Shown here in pieces: positions 50,050 through 60,338 of a DNA stretch of 64,000 nt. The stretch is from positions 185,132,001 to 185,196,000 of the forward strand of contig OZ024742.1 in assembly GCA_964016885.1 (NCBI GenBank), in the 5' to 3' direction. The notes under the pieces were generated by a model. That model was not told the origin of the DNA. It ran no database searches and worked only from the letters and a program-made list of their open reading frames with translations. The position numbers and the translations under genes are program-made. This DNA comes from Eledone cirrhosa. Its lineage: Eukaryota. Positions within the stretch are counted from its first letter, which is position 1. Each line of letters starts with the position of its first letter.

Positions 50050-53000
50050 TTAATTTAAGTTTTGGTTAAGTTAAGTTGGGGCTGAGTTAAGTTGGCGTCA
50101 AGTTAAGTTGGGGTTGAGTTAAGAAGGGGTTAAGTTAACTTGGGGTTAAGTTAACTTGGGGTTAAGTTAAGTTGGGGTTAAGTTAAGTTGGGGTTAAGTT
50201 AAGTTGGGGTTAAGATAAGTTGGGGTTAAGTTAAGTTGGGGTTGAGTTAAGTTGGGGTTGAGTTAATTTGGGGTTAAGTTAAGTTGGGGTTAACTTAAGT
50301 TGGGGTTCAGTTAAGTTGGCGTTCAGTTAAGTTGCGGTGAAGTTAAGTTGGGGTTAACTTAAGTCGGGGTTAAGTTAAGTTGGGGTTAAGTTAAGTTGGG
50401 GTCAAGTTAAGTTGGGGTTAAGTTAAGTTGGGGTTATGTTAAGTTGGGGTTAAGTTAAGTTGGGGTTAAGTTAAGTCGGGGTTAAGTTAAGTTGGGGTTA
50501 AGTTAAGTTGGGGTTAAGTTAAGTTGGGGTCAAGTTAAGTTGGGGTTAAGTTAAGTTGGGGTTAAGTTAAGTCGCGGTTAAGTTAAGTTGGGGTTAAGTT
50601 AAGATGGGGTTAAGTTAAGTTGGGGTTAAGTTAAGTTGGGGTTAAGATAAGTTGGGGTTAAGTTAAGTTGGGGTTGAGTTAAGTTGGGGTTGAGTTAATT
50701 GGGGTTAAGTTAAGTTGGGGTTAACTTAAGTTGGGTTTAAGTTAAGTTGGGGTTAAGTTAAGTTGGGGTTAAATTAAGTTGGGGTTAAGATAAGTTGGGG
50801 TTAAGTTAAGTCGGTGTTAAGTTAAGTCGGGGTTAAGTTAAGTTCGGGTTAAGTTAACTTGCTGTTAAGTTAAGTTGGGGCTCAGTTAAGTTGGGGTTGA
50901 GTTAAGTTGGGGTCAAGTTAAGTTGGGACTAAGCTAAGTTGGGGTTAAGTTAAGTTGGGGTTAAGTTAAGTTGGCGCTAAGTTAAGTGAAGGTTAAGTTA
51001 AGTTGGGGTTGAGTTAAGTTGGGGTTAAGTTAAGTTGGGGTTGAGTTAAGTTGGGGTTGAGTTAAGTTGGGGTTACGTTAAGTTGGGGTTAAGTTAAGTT
51101 GGGGTTAAGTTAAGTTTAGGTTAACTTAAGTTGGGGTTAAGTTAAGTTGGGGTTAAGTTAAGTTGGGGCTAAGTTAAGTTGGGGCTAAGTTAAGTTGGGG
51201 CTAAGTTAAGTTGGGGTTAAGTTAAGGTGGGGTTTAGTTAAGTTGGGGTTGAGTTAAGTTAGGGTTGAGTTAAGTTGGGGTTAAGTTAAGTTGGGGTTAA
51301 GTTAAGTTAGGGTTAACTTAAGTTGGGGTTAAGTTAAGTTGGGGTTGAGTTAAGTTGGGGTTTAATTAAGTTGGGGTTAAGTTAAGTTGGGGTTGAGTTA
51401 AGTTGGGCTTGAGTTAAGTTGGGGTTGAGTTAAGTTGGGCTTATCTTAAGTTGGGGTTAATTTAAGATGGGGTTAAGTTAAGTTGGGGTTAAGTTAATTT
51501 GGGGTTAAGTTAAGTTGGGGTTAAGTTAAGTTGGGGTTATGTTAAGTTGGGGTTAAGTTAAGTTGAGGTTAACTTAAGTTGGGGTTAAGTTAAGTTGGGG
51601 TTAAGTTAAGTTGGGGCTAAGTTAAGTTGGGGCTAAGTTAAGTTGGGGTTAAGTTAAGTTGGGGTTAAGTTAAGTTGGGGTCAACTTAAGTTGGGGCTAA
51701 GTTAAGTTGGGGTTAAGTTAAGTTGCGGCTAAGTTAAGTTGGGGTTAAGTTAAGTTGGGGTTAAATTAAGTTGGGGTCAACGTAAGTTGGGGTTAAGTTA
51801 AGTTGGGGTTAAGGTAATTTGGGGGTAAGTTAAGTTGGGGTTAAGTTAAGTTGGGGTTAAGTTAAGTTGGGGTTAAGTTAAGTTGGGGCTGAGTTAAGTT
51901 GGGGCTGTGTTAAGTTGGGGTTAAGTTAAGTTGGGGTTAAGTTAAGTTGGGGTTAAGTTGGGGTTAAATTAAGTTGGGGTTAATTTAAGTTGGGGTTAAG
52001 TTAAGTTGGGTTTAGGTTAAGTTGGGGTTGAGTTAAGTTGGGGTTAAGTTAAGTTGGGGTTAATTTAAGTTGGGGTTAAGTTAAGTTGGGGCTGAGTTAA
52101 GTTGGGGTTAAGTTAAGTTGGGGTTGAGTTAAGTTGGGGTTAAGTTAAGTTGGGGTTAAGTTAAGTCGGGGTTAAGTTAAGTTGGGGTTAAGTTAAGTTG
52201 GGGTTAAGTTAAGTTGGGGTTAAGTTAAGTTGGGGTTAAGTTAAGTTGGGGTTAAGATAAGTTGGGGTTAAGTTAAGTTGGGGTTGAGTTAAGTTGGGGT
52301 TGAGTTAATTTGGGGTTAAGTTAAGTTGGGGTTAACTTAAGTTGGGGTTCAGTTAAGTTGGCGTTCAGTTAAGTTGCGGTGAAGTTAAGTTGGGGTTAAC
52401 TTAAGTCGGGGTTGAGTTAAGTTGGGGTTAAGTTAAGTTGGGGTCAAGTTAAGTTGGGGTTAAGTTAAGTTGGGGTTATGTTAAGTTGGGGTTAAGTTAA
52501 GTTGGGGTTAAGTTAAGTCGGGGTTAAGTTAAGTTGGGGTTAAGTTAAGTTGGGGTTAAGTTAAGTTGGGGTCAAGTTAAGTTGGGGTTAAGTTAAGTTG
52601 GGGTTAAGTTAAGTCGCGGTTAAGTTAAGTTGGGGTTAAGTTAAGATGTGGTTAAGTTAAGTTGGGGTTAAGTTAAGTTGGGGTTAAGATAAGTTGGGGT
52701 TAAGTTAAGTTGGGGTTGAGTTAAGTTGGGGTTGAGTTAATTGGGGTTAAGTTAAGTTGGGGTTAACTTAAGTTGGGTTTAAGTTAAGTTTGGGTTAAGT
52801 TAAGTTGGGGTTAAATTAAGTTGGGGTTAAGATAAGTTGGGGTTAAGTTAAGTCGGGGTTAAGTTAAGTCGGGGTTAATTTAAGTTGGGGTTAAGTTAAC
52901 TTGGTGTTAAGTTAAGTTGGGGCTCAGTTAAGTTGGGGTTGAGTTAAGTTGGGGTCAAGTTAAGTTGGGACTAAGCTAAGTTGGGGTTAAGTTAAGTTGG

Positions 53001-53130
53001 GGTTAAGTTAAGTTGGCGCTAAGTTAAGTGAAGGTTAAGTTAAGTTGGGGTTGAGTTAAGTTGGGGTTAATTTAAGTTGGGGTTGAGTTAAGTTGGGGTT
53101 GAGTTAAGTTGGGGTTGAGTTAAGTTGGGG
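50050..53130 (+). repeat. Copy of ~33745-36840 at offset 16,305, then 16,289
   Basis: GAAGGGGTTAAGTTAAC pairs at 33818/50123 and CGGTGTT at 34507/50812 (offset 16,305). CTTATCTT pairs at 35151/51440 and ATGTGG at 36357/52646 (offset 16,289). Confidence 0.85.
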
Positions 53131-53373
53131 TTAAGTTAAGTTGGGGTTGAGTTAAGTTGGGGTTAAGTTAAGTCGGGGTTAAGTTAAGTTGGGGTTAAGT
53201 TAAGTTGGGGTTAAGTTAAGTTGGGGTTAAGTTAAGTTGGGGTTGAGTTAAGTTGGGGTTAAGTTAAGTTGGGTTTAAGTTAAGTTGGGGTTAAGTTAAG
53301 TTGGGGTTAAGTTAAGGTGGGGTTAAGTTAAGTTGGGGTTAAGTTAAGTCGGGGTTAAGTTAAGTTGGGGTTA

Positions 53374-56300
53374 AGTTAAGTTGGGGTTAAGTTAAGTTGG
53401 GGCTGAGTTAAGTTGGGGTCAAGTTAAGTTGGGGTTGAGTTAAGTTGGGGTTAAGTTAACTTGGGGTTAATTTAAGTTGGGGTTAAGCCAAATTGGGTTT
53501 GAGTTAAGTTAGGGTTAAGTTAAGTTGGGGTTAAGTTAAGTTGGGGTTAAGTTAAGTTGGGGTTAAGTTAAGTTGGGGTTAAATTAAGCTGGGTTTAAGT
53601 TAAGTTGGGGTTAAGTTAAGTTGGGGTTAAGTTAAGTTGGGGTTAAGTTAAGTTGAGGTTAAGTTAAGTTGGGGTTAAATTCAGTTGGGGTTAAGTTAAG
53701 TTGGGGTTAAGTTAAGTTGGGGATAAGTTAAGTTGAGTTTAAGTTAAGTTGGAGTTAATTTAAGTTGAGGTTAAGTTAAGTTGTGGTTAAGTTAAGTTGG
53801 GTTAAGTTAAGTTGGGGTTAAGTTAAGTTGGGGTTCAGTTAAGTTGGGGTTAAGTTAAGTAGGGGTTAAGTTGGGGTTAAATTAAGTTGGGGTTAAGTTA
53901 AGTTGGGGTTAAGTTAAGTTGGGGTTAAGTTAAGTTGGGGTTAAGTTAAGTTGGGGTTGAGTTAAGTTGGGGTTAAGTTAAGTCGGGGTTAAGTTAAGTT
54001 GGGGTTAAGTTAAGTTGGGGTTAAGTTAAGTTGGGGTTAAGTTAAGTTGGGGTTGAGTTAAGTTGGGGTTAAGTTAAGTTGGGTTTAAGTTAAGTTGGGG
54101 TTAAGTTAAGTTGGGGTTAAGTTAAGGTGGGGTTAAGTTAAGTTGGGGTTAAGTTAAGTCGGGGTTAAGTTAAGTTGGGGTTAAGTTAAGTTGGGGTTAA
54201 GTTAAGTTGGGGTTAAGTTAAGTTCGGGTTAAGATAAGTTGGGGTTAAGTTAAGTTGGGGTTGAGTTAAGTTGGGGTTAAGTTAAGTTGGCGTTCAGTTA
54301 AGTTGCGGTTAACTTAAGTTGGGGTTAACTTAAGTCGGGGTTAAGTTAAGTTGGGGTTAAGTTAAGTTGGGGTCAAGTTAAGTTGGGGTTAAGTTAAGTT
54401 GGGGTTAAGTTAAGTTGGGGTTAAGTTAAGTCGGGGTTAAGTTAAGTTGGGGTTAAGTTAAGTTGGGGTTAAGTTAAGTCGCGGTTAAGTTAAGTTGGGG
54501 TTAAGTTAAGATGGGGTTAAGTTAAGTTGTGGTTAAGTTAAGTTGGGGTTAAGATAAGTTGGGGTTAAGTTAAGTTGCGGTTGAGTTAAGTTGGGGTTGA
54601 GTTAATTGGGGTTAAGTTAAGTTGGGGTTAACTTAAGTTGGGTTTAAGTTAAGTTGGGGTTAAGTTAAGTTGGGGTTAAATTAAGTTGGGGTTATGATAA
54701 GTTGGGGTTAAGTTAAGTCGGGGTTAAGTTATGTCGGGGTTAAGTTAAGTTGGTGTTAAGTTAACTTGGTGTTAAGTTAAGTTGGGGTTCAGTTAAGTTG
54801 GGGTTGAGTTAAGTTGGGGGTCAAGTTAAGTTGGGGTTAAGCTAAGTTGGGGTTAAGTTAAGTTGGGGTTAAGTTAAGTTGGGGTTAATTTAAGTTTTGG
54901 TTAAGTTAAGTTGGGGCTGAGTTAAGTTGGGGTCAAGTTAAGTTGGGGTTGAGTTAAGAAGGGGTTAAGTGAACTTGGGGTTAAGTTAAGTTGGGGTTAA
55001 GTTAAGTTGGGGTTAAGTTAAGTTGGGGTTAAGTTAAGTTGGGGTTAAGATAAGTTGGGGTTAAGTTAAGTTGGGGTTGAGTTAAGTTGGGGTTGAGTTA
55101 ATTTGGGGTTAAGTTAAGTTGGGGTTAACTTAAGTTGGGGTTCAGTTAAGTTGGCGTTCAGTTAAGTTGCGGTGAAGTTAAGTTGGGGTTAACTTAAGTC
55201 GGGGTTAAGTTAAGTTGGGGTTAATTTAAGTTGGGGTCAAGTTAAGTTGGGGTTAAGTTAAGTTGGGGTTATGTTAAGTTGGGGTTAAGTTAAGTTGGGG
55301 TTAAGTTAAGTCGGGGTTAAGTTAAGTTGGGGTTAAGTTAAGTTGCGGTTAAGTTGAGTTGGGGTCAAGTTAAGTTGGGGTTAAGTTAAGTTGGGGTTAA
55401 GTTAAGTCGCGGTTAAGTTAAGTTGGGGTTAAGTTAAGATGGGGTTAAGTTAAGTTGGGGTTAAGTTAAGTTGGGGTTAAGATAAGTTGGGGTTAAGTTA
55501 AGTTGGGGTTGAGTTAAGTTGGGGTTGAGTTAATTGGGGTTAAGTTAAGTTGGGGTTAACTTAAGTTGGGTTTAAGTTAAGTTGGGGTTAAGTTAAGTTG
55601 GGGTTAAATTAAGTTGGGGTTAAGATAAGTTGGGGTTAAGTTAAGTCGGGGTTAAGTTAAGTCGGGTTTAAGTTAAGTTGGGGTTAAGTTAACGTGCTGT
55701 TAAGTTAAGTTGGGGCTCAGTTAAGTTGGGGTTGAGTTAAGTTGGGGTCAAGTTAAGTTGGGACTAAGCTAAGTTGGGGTTAAGTTAAGTTGGGGTTAAG
55801 TTAAGTTGGCGCTAAGTTAAGTGAAGGTTAAGTTAAGTCGGGGTTAAGTTAAGTTGGGGTTAAGTTAAGTTGGGGTTAAGTTAAGTTGGGGTCAAGTTAA
55901 GTTGGGGTTAAGTTAAGTTGGGGTTAAGTTAAGTCGCGGTTAAGTTAAGTTGGGGTTAAGTTAAGATGGGGTTAAGTTAAGTTGGGGTTAAGTTAAGTTG
56001 GGGTTAAGATAAGTTGGGGTTCAGTTAAGTTGGGGTTGAGTTAAGTTGGGGTTGAGTTAATTGGGGGTAAGTTAAGTTGGGGGTAAGTTAAGTTTGGGTT
56101 AAGTTGGGGTTAAGTTAAGTTAGGGTTAAGTTACGTTGGGGTTGAGTTAAGTTGGGGTTAATTTAAATTGGGGTTAAGTTAACTTTGTGGTTAAGTTAAG
56201 TTGGGGTTAAGTTAAGTTGAGGTTAATTTAAGTTGAGGTTAAGTTAAGTTGGGGTTAAGTTAAGTTGGGGTTAAATTAAGCTGGGTTGAAGTTAAGTTGG

Positions 56301-59300
56301 GGTTAAGTTAAGTTGGGGTTAAGTTAAGTTGGGGTTAAGTTAAGTTGGGGTTAAGTTAAGTCGGGGTTAAGTTAATTTGGGGTTCAGTTAAGTTGGGGTT
56401 AAGTTAAGTTGGGGCTTATTTAAGTTGGGGTTAAGTTAAGTTGTGGTTAAGTTAAGTTGGGGTTAAGTTAAGTCGGGGTTAAGTTAAGTCGGGGTTAAGT
56501 TAAGTTGTGGTTAAGTTAAGTTGGGGTTAAGTTAAGTTGGGGTTGAGTTAAGTTAGGGATAAGCTAAGTTGGCTTTAAGTTAAGTTGGGGCTTAGTTAAG
56601 TTGGGGTTGAGTTAAGTTGGGGTCAAGTTAAGTTGGGACTAAGCTAAGTTGGGGTTAAGTTAAGTTGGGGTTAAGTTAAGTTGGCGCTAAGTTAATTGAA
56701 GGTTAAGTTAAGTTGGGGTTGAGTTAAGTTGGGGTTAAGTTAAGTTGGGGTTAAGTTAAGTTAGGGTTAAGTTAAGCTTGGGTTAAGTTAAGTTGGGGTT
56801 GAGTTAATTTGGGGTTGAGTTAAGTTGGGGTTGAGTTAAGTTGGGGTTGAGTTAAGTTGGGGTTAAGTTAAGTTGGGGTTAACTTAAGTTGGGGTTAAGT
56901 TAAGTTGGGGTCAATTTAAGTTGAGGTTAAGTTAACTTGGGATTAAGTTAAGTTGGGGTTAACTTAAATTGAGGTTAAGTTAAGTTGGGGTTAAGTTAAG
57001 TTGGGGGTAAGTTAAGTTGGGGGTAAGTTACGTTGGGGTTGAGTTAAGTTGGGGTTAAGTTAAGTTGGGGTTAAGTTAAGTTGGGGTTAAGTTAAGTCGG
57101 GGTTAAGTTAATTTGGGGTTCAGTTAAGTTGGGGTTAAGTTAAGTTGGGGCTGAGTTAAGTTGGGGTCAAGTTAAGTTGGGGTTGAGTTAAGTTGGGGTT
57201 AAGTTAACTTGGGGTTAATTTAAGTTGGGGTTAAGCCAAATTGGGTTTGAGTTAAGTTAGGGTTAAGTTAAGTTGGGGTTAAGTTAAGTTGGGGTTAAGT
57301 TAAGTTGGGGTTAAGTTAAGTTGGGGTTAAATTAAGCTGGGTTTAAGTTAAGTTGGGGTTAAGTTAAGTTGGGGTTAAGTTAAGTTGGGGTTAAGTTAAG
57401 TTGAGGTTAAGTTAAGTTGGGGTTAAATTCAGTTGGGGTTAAGTTAAGTTGGTGTTAAGTTAAGTTGGGGATAAGTTAAGTTGAGTTTAAGTTAAGTTGG
57501 AGTTAATTTAAGTTGAGGTTAAGTTAAGTTGTGGTTAAGTTAAGTTGGGTTAAGTTAAGTTGGGGTTAAGTTAAGTTGGGGTTCAGTTAAGTTGGGGTTA
57601 AGTTAAGTAGGGGTTAAGTTGGGGTTAAATTAAGTTGGGGTTAAGTTAAGTTGGGGTTAAGTTAAGTTGGGGTTAAGTTAAGTTGGGGTTAAGTTAAGTT
57701 GGGGTTGAGTTAAGTTGGGGTTAAGTTAAGTCGGGGTTAAGTTAAGTTGGGGTTAAGTTAAGTTGGGGTTAAGTTAAGTTGGGGTTAAGTTAAGTTGGGG
57801 TTGAGTTAAGTTGGGGTTAAGTTAAGTTGGGTTTAAGTTAAGTTGGGGTTAAGTTAAGTTGGGGTTAAGTTAAGGTGGGGTTAAGTTAAGTTGGGGTTAA
57901 GTTAAGTCGGGGTTAAGTTAAGTTGGGGTTAAGTTAAGTTGGGGTTAAGTTAAGTTGGGGTTAAGTTAAGTTCGGGTTAAGATAAGTTGGGGTTAAGTTA
58001 AGTTGGGGTTGAGTTAAGTTGGGGTTAAGTTAAGTTGGCGTTCAGTTAAGTTGCGGTTAACTTAAGTTGGGGTTAACTTAAGTCGGGGTTAAGTTAAGTT
58101 GGGGTTAAGTTAAGTTGGGGTCAAGTTAAGTTGGGGTTAAGTTAAGTTGGGGTTAAGTTAAGTTGGGGTTAAGTTAAGTCGGGGTTAAGTTAAGTTGGGG
58201 TTAAGTTAAGTTGGGGTTAAGTTAAGTCGCGGTTAAGTTAAGTTGGGGTTAAGTTAAGATGGGGTTAAGTTAAGTTGTGGTTAAGTTAAGTTGGGGTTAA
58301 GATAAGTTGGGGTTAAGTTAAGTTGCGGTTGAGTTAAGTTGGGGTTGAGTTAATTGGGGTTAAGTTAAGTTGGGGTTAACTTAAGTTGGGTTTAAGTTAA
58401 GTTGGGGTTAAGTTAAGTTGGGGTTAAATTAAGTTGGGGTTATGATAAGTTGGGGTTAAGTTAAGTCGGGGTTAAGTTATGTCGGGGTTAAGTTAAGTTG
58501 GTGTTAAGTTAACTTGGTGTTAAGTTAAGTTGGGGTTCAGTTAAGTTGGGGTTGAGTTAAGTTGGGGGTCAAGTTAAGTTGGGGTTAAGCTAAGTTGGGG
58601 TTAAGTTAAGTTGGGGTTAAGTTAAGTTGGGGTTAATTTAAGTTTTGGTTAAGTTAAGTTGGGGCTGAGTTAAGTTGGGGTCAAGTTAAGTTGGGGTTGA
58701 GTTAAGAAGGGGTTAAGTGAACTTGGGGTTAAGTTAAGTTGGGGTTAAGTTAAGTTGGGGTTAAGTTAAGTTGGGGTTAAGTTAAGTTGGGGTTAAGATA
58801 AGTTGGGGTTAAGTTAAGTTGGGGTTGAGTTAAGTTGGGGTTGAGTTAATTTGGGGTTAAGTTAAGTTGGGGTTAACTTAAGTTGGGGTTCAGTTAAGTT
58901 GGCGTTCAGTTAAGTTGCGGTGAAGTTAAGTTGGGGTTAACTTAAGTCGGGGTTAAGTTAAGTTGGGGTTAATTTAAGTTGGGGTCAAGTTAAGTTGGGG
59001 TTAAGTTAAGTTGGGGTTATGTTAAGTTGGGGTTAAGTTAAGTTGGGGTTAAGTTAAGTCGGGGTTAAGTTAAGTTGGGGTTAAGTTAAGTTGCGGTTAA
59101 GTTGAGTTGGGGTCAAGTTAAGTTGGGGTTAAGTTAAGTTGGGGTTAAGTTAAGTCGCGGTTAAGTTAAGTTGGGGTTAAGTTAAGATGGGGTTAAGTTA
59201 AGTTGGGGTTAAGTTAAGTTGGGGTTAAGATAAGTTGGGGTTAAGTTAAGTTGGGGTTGAGTTAAGTTGGGGTTGAGTTAATTGGGGTTAAGTTAAGTTG

Positions 59301-60338
59301 GGGTTAACTTAAGTTGGGTTTAAGTTAAGTTGGGGTTAAGTTAAGTTGGGGTTAAATTAAGTTGGGGTTAAGATAAGTTGGGGTTAAGTTAAGTCGGGGT
59401 TAAGTTAAGTCGGGTTTAAGTTAAGTTGGGGTTAAGTTAACGTGCTGTTAAGTTAAGTTGGGGCTCAGTTAAGTTGGGGTTGAGTTAAGTTGGGGTCAAG
59501 TTAAGTTGGGACTAAGCTAAGTTGGGGTTAAGTTAAGTTGGGGTTAAGTTAAGTTGGCGCTAAGTTAAGTGAAGGTTAAGTTAAGTCGGGGTTAAGTTAA
59601 GTTGGGGTTAAGTTAAGTTGGGGTTAAGTTAAGTTGGGGTCAAGTTAAGTTGGGGTTAAGTTAAGTTGGGGTTAAGTTAAGTCGCGGTTAAGTTAAGTTG
59701 GGGTTAAGTTAAGATGGGGTTAAGTTAAGTTGGGGTTAAGTTAAGTTGGGGTTAAGATAAGTTGGGGTTCAGTTAAGTTGGGGTTGAGTTAAGTTGGGGT
59801 TGAGTTAATTGGGGGTAAGTTAAGTTGGGGGTAAGTTAAGTTTGGGTTAAGTTGGGGTTAAGTTAAGTTAGGGTTAAGTTACGTTGGGGTTGAGTTAAGT
59901 TGGGGTTAATTTAAATTGGGGTTAAGTTAACTTTGTGGTTAAGTTAAGTTGGGGTTAAGTTAAGTTGAGGTTAATTTAAGTTGAGGTTAAGTTAAGTTGG
60001 GGTTAAGTTAAGTTGGGGTTAAATTAAGCTGGGTTGAAGTTAAGTTGGGGTTAAGTTAAGTTGGGGTTAAGTTAAGTTGGGGTTAAGTTAAGTTGGGGTT
60101 AAGTTAAGTCGGGGTTAAGTTAATTTGGGGTTCAGTTAAGTTGGGGTTAAGTTAAGTTGGGGCTTATTTAAGTTGGGGTTAAGTTAAGTTGTGGTTAAGT
60201 TAAGTTGGGGTTAAGTTAAGTCGGGGTTAAGTTAAGTCGGGGTTAAGTTAAGTTGTGGTTAAGTTAAGTTGGGGTTAAGTTAAGTTGGGGTTGAGTTAAG
60301 TTAGGGATAAGCTAAATTGGCTTTAAGTTAAGTTGGGG
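53374..60338 (+). repeat. Near-tandem duplication of ~3.2 kb at offset 3,748 (53374-56590 and 57122-60338), with a ~530-bp intervening satellite segment
   Basis: Markers pair at offset 3,748: CCAAATTGG 53488/57236, GAAGGGGTTAAGTGAAC 54958/58706, CGTGCTG 55693/59441. Confidence 0.9.
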
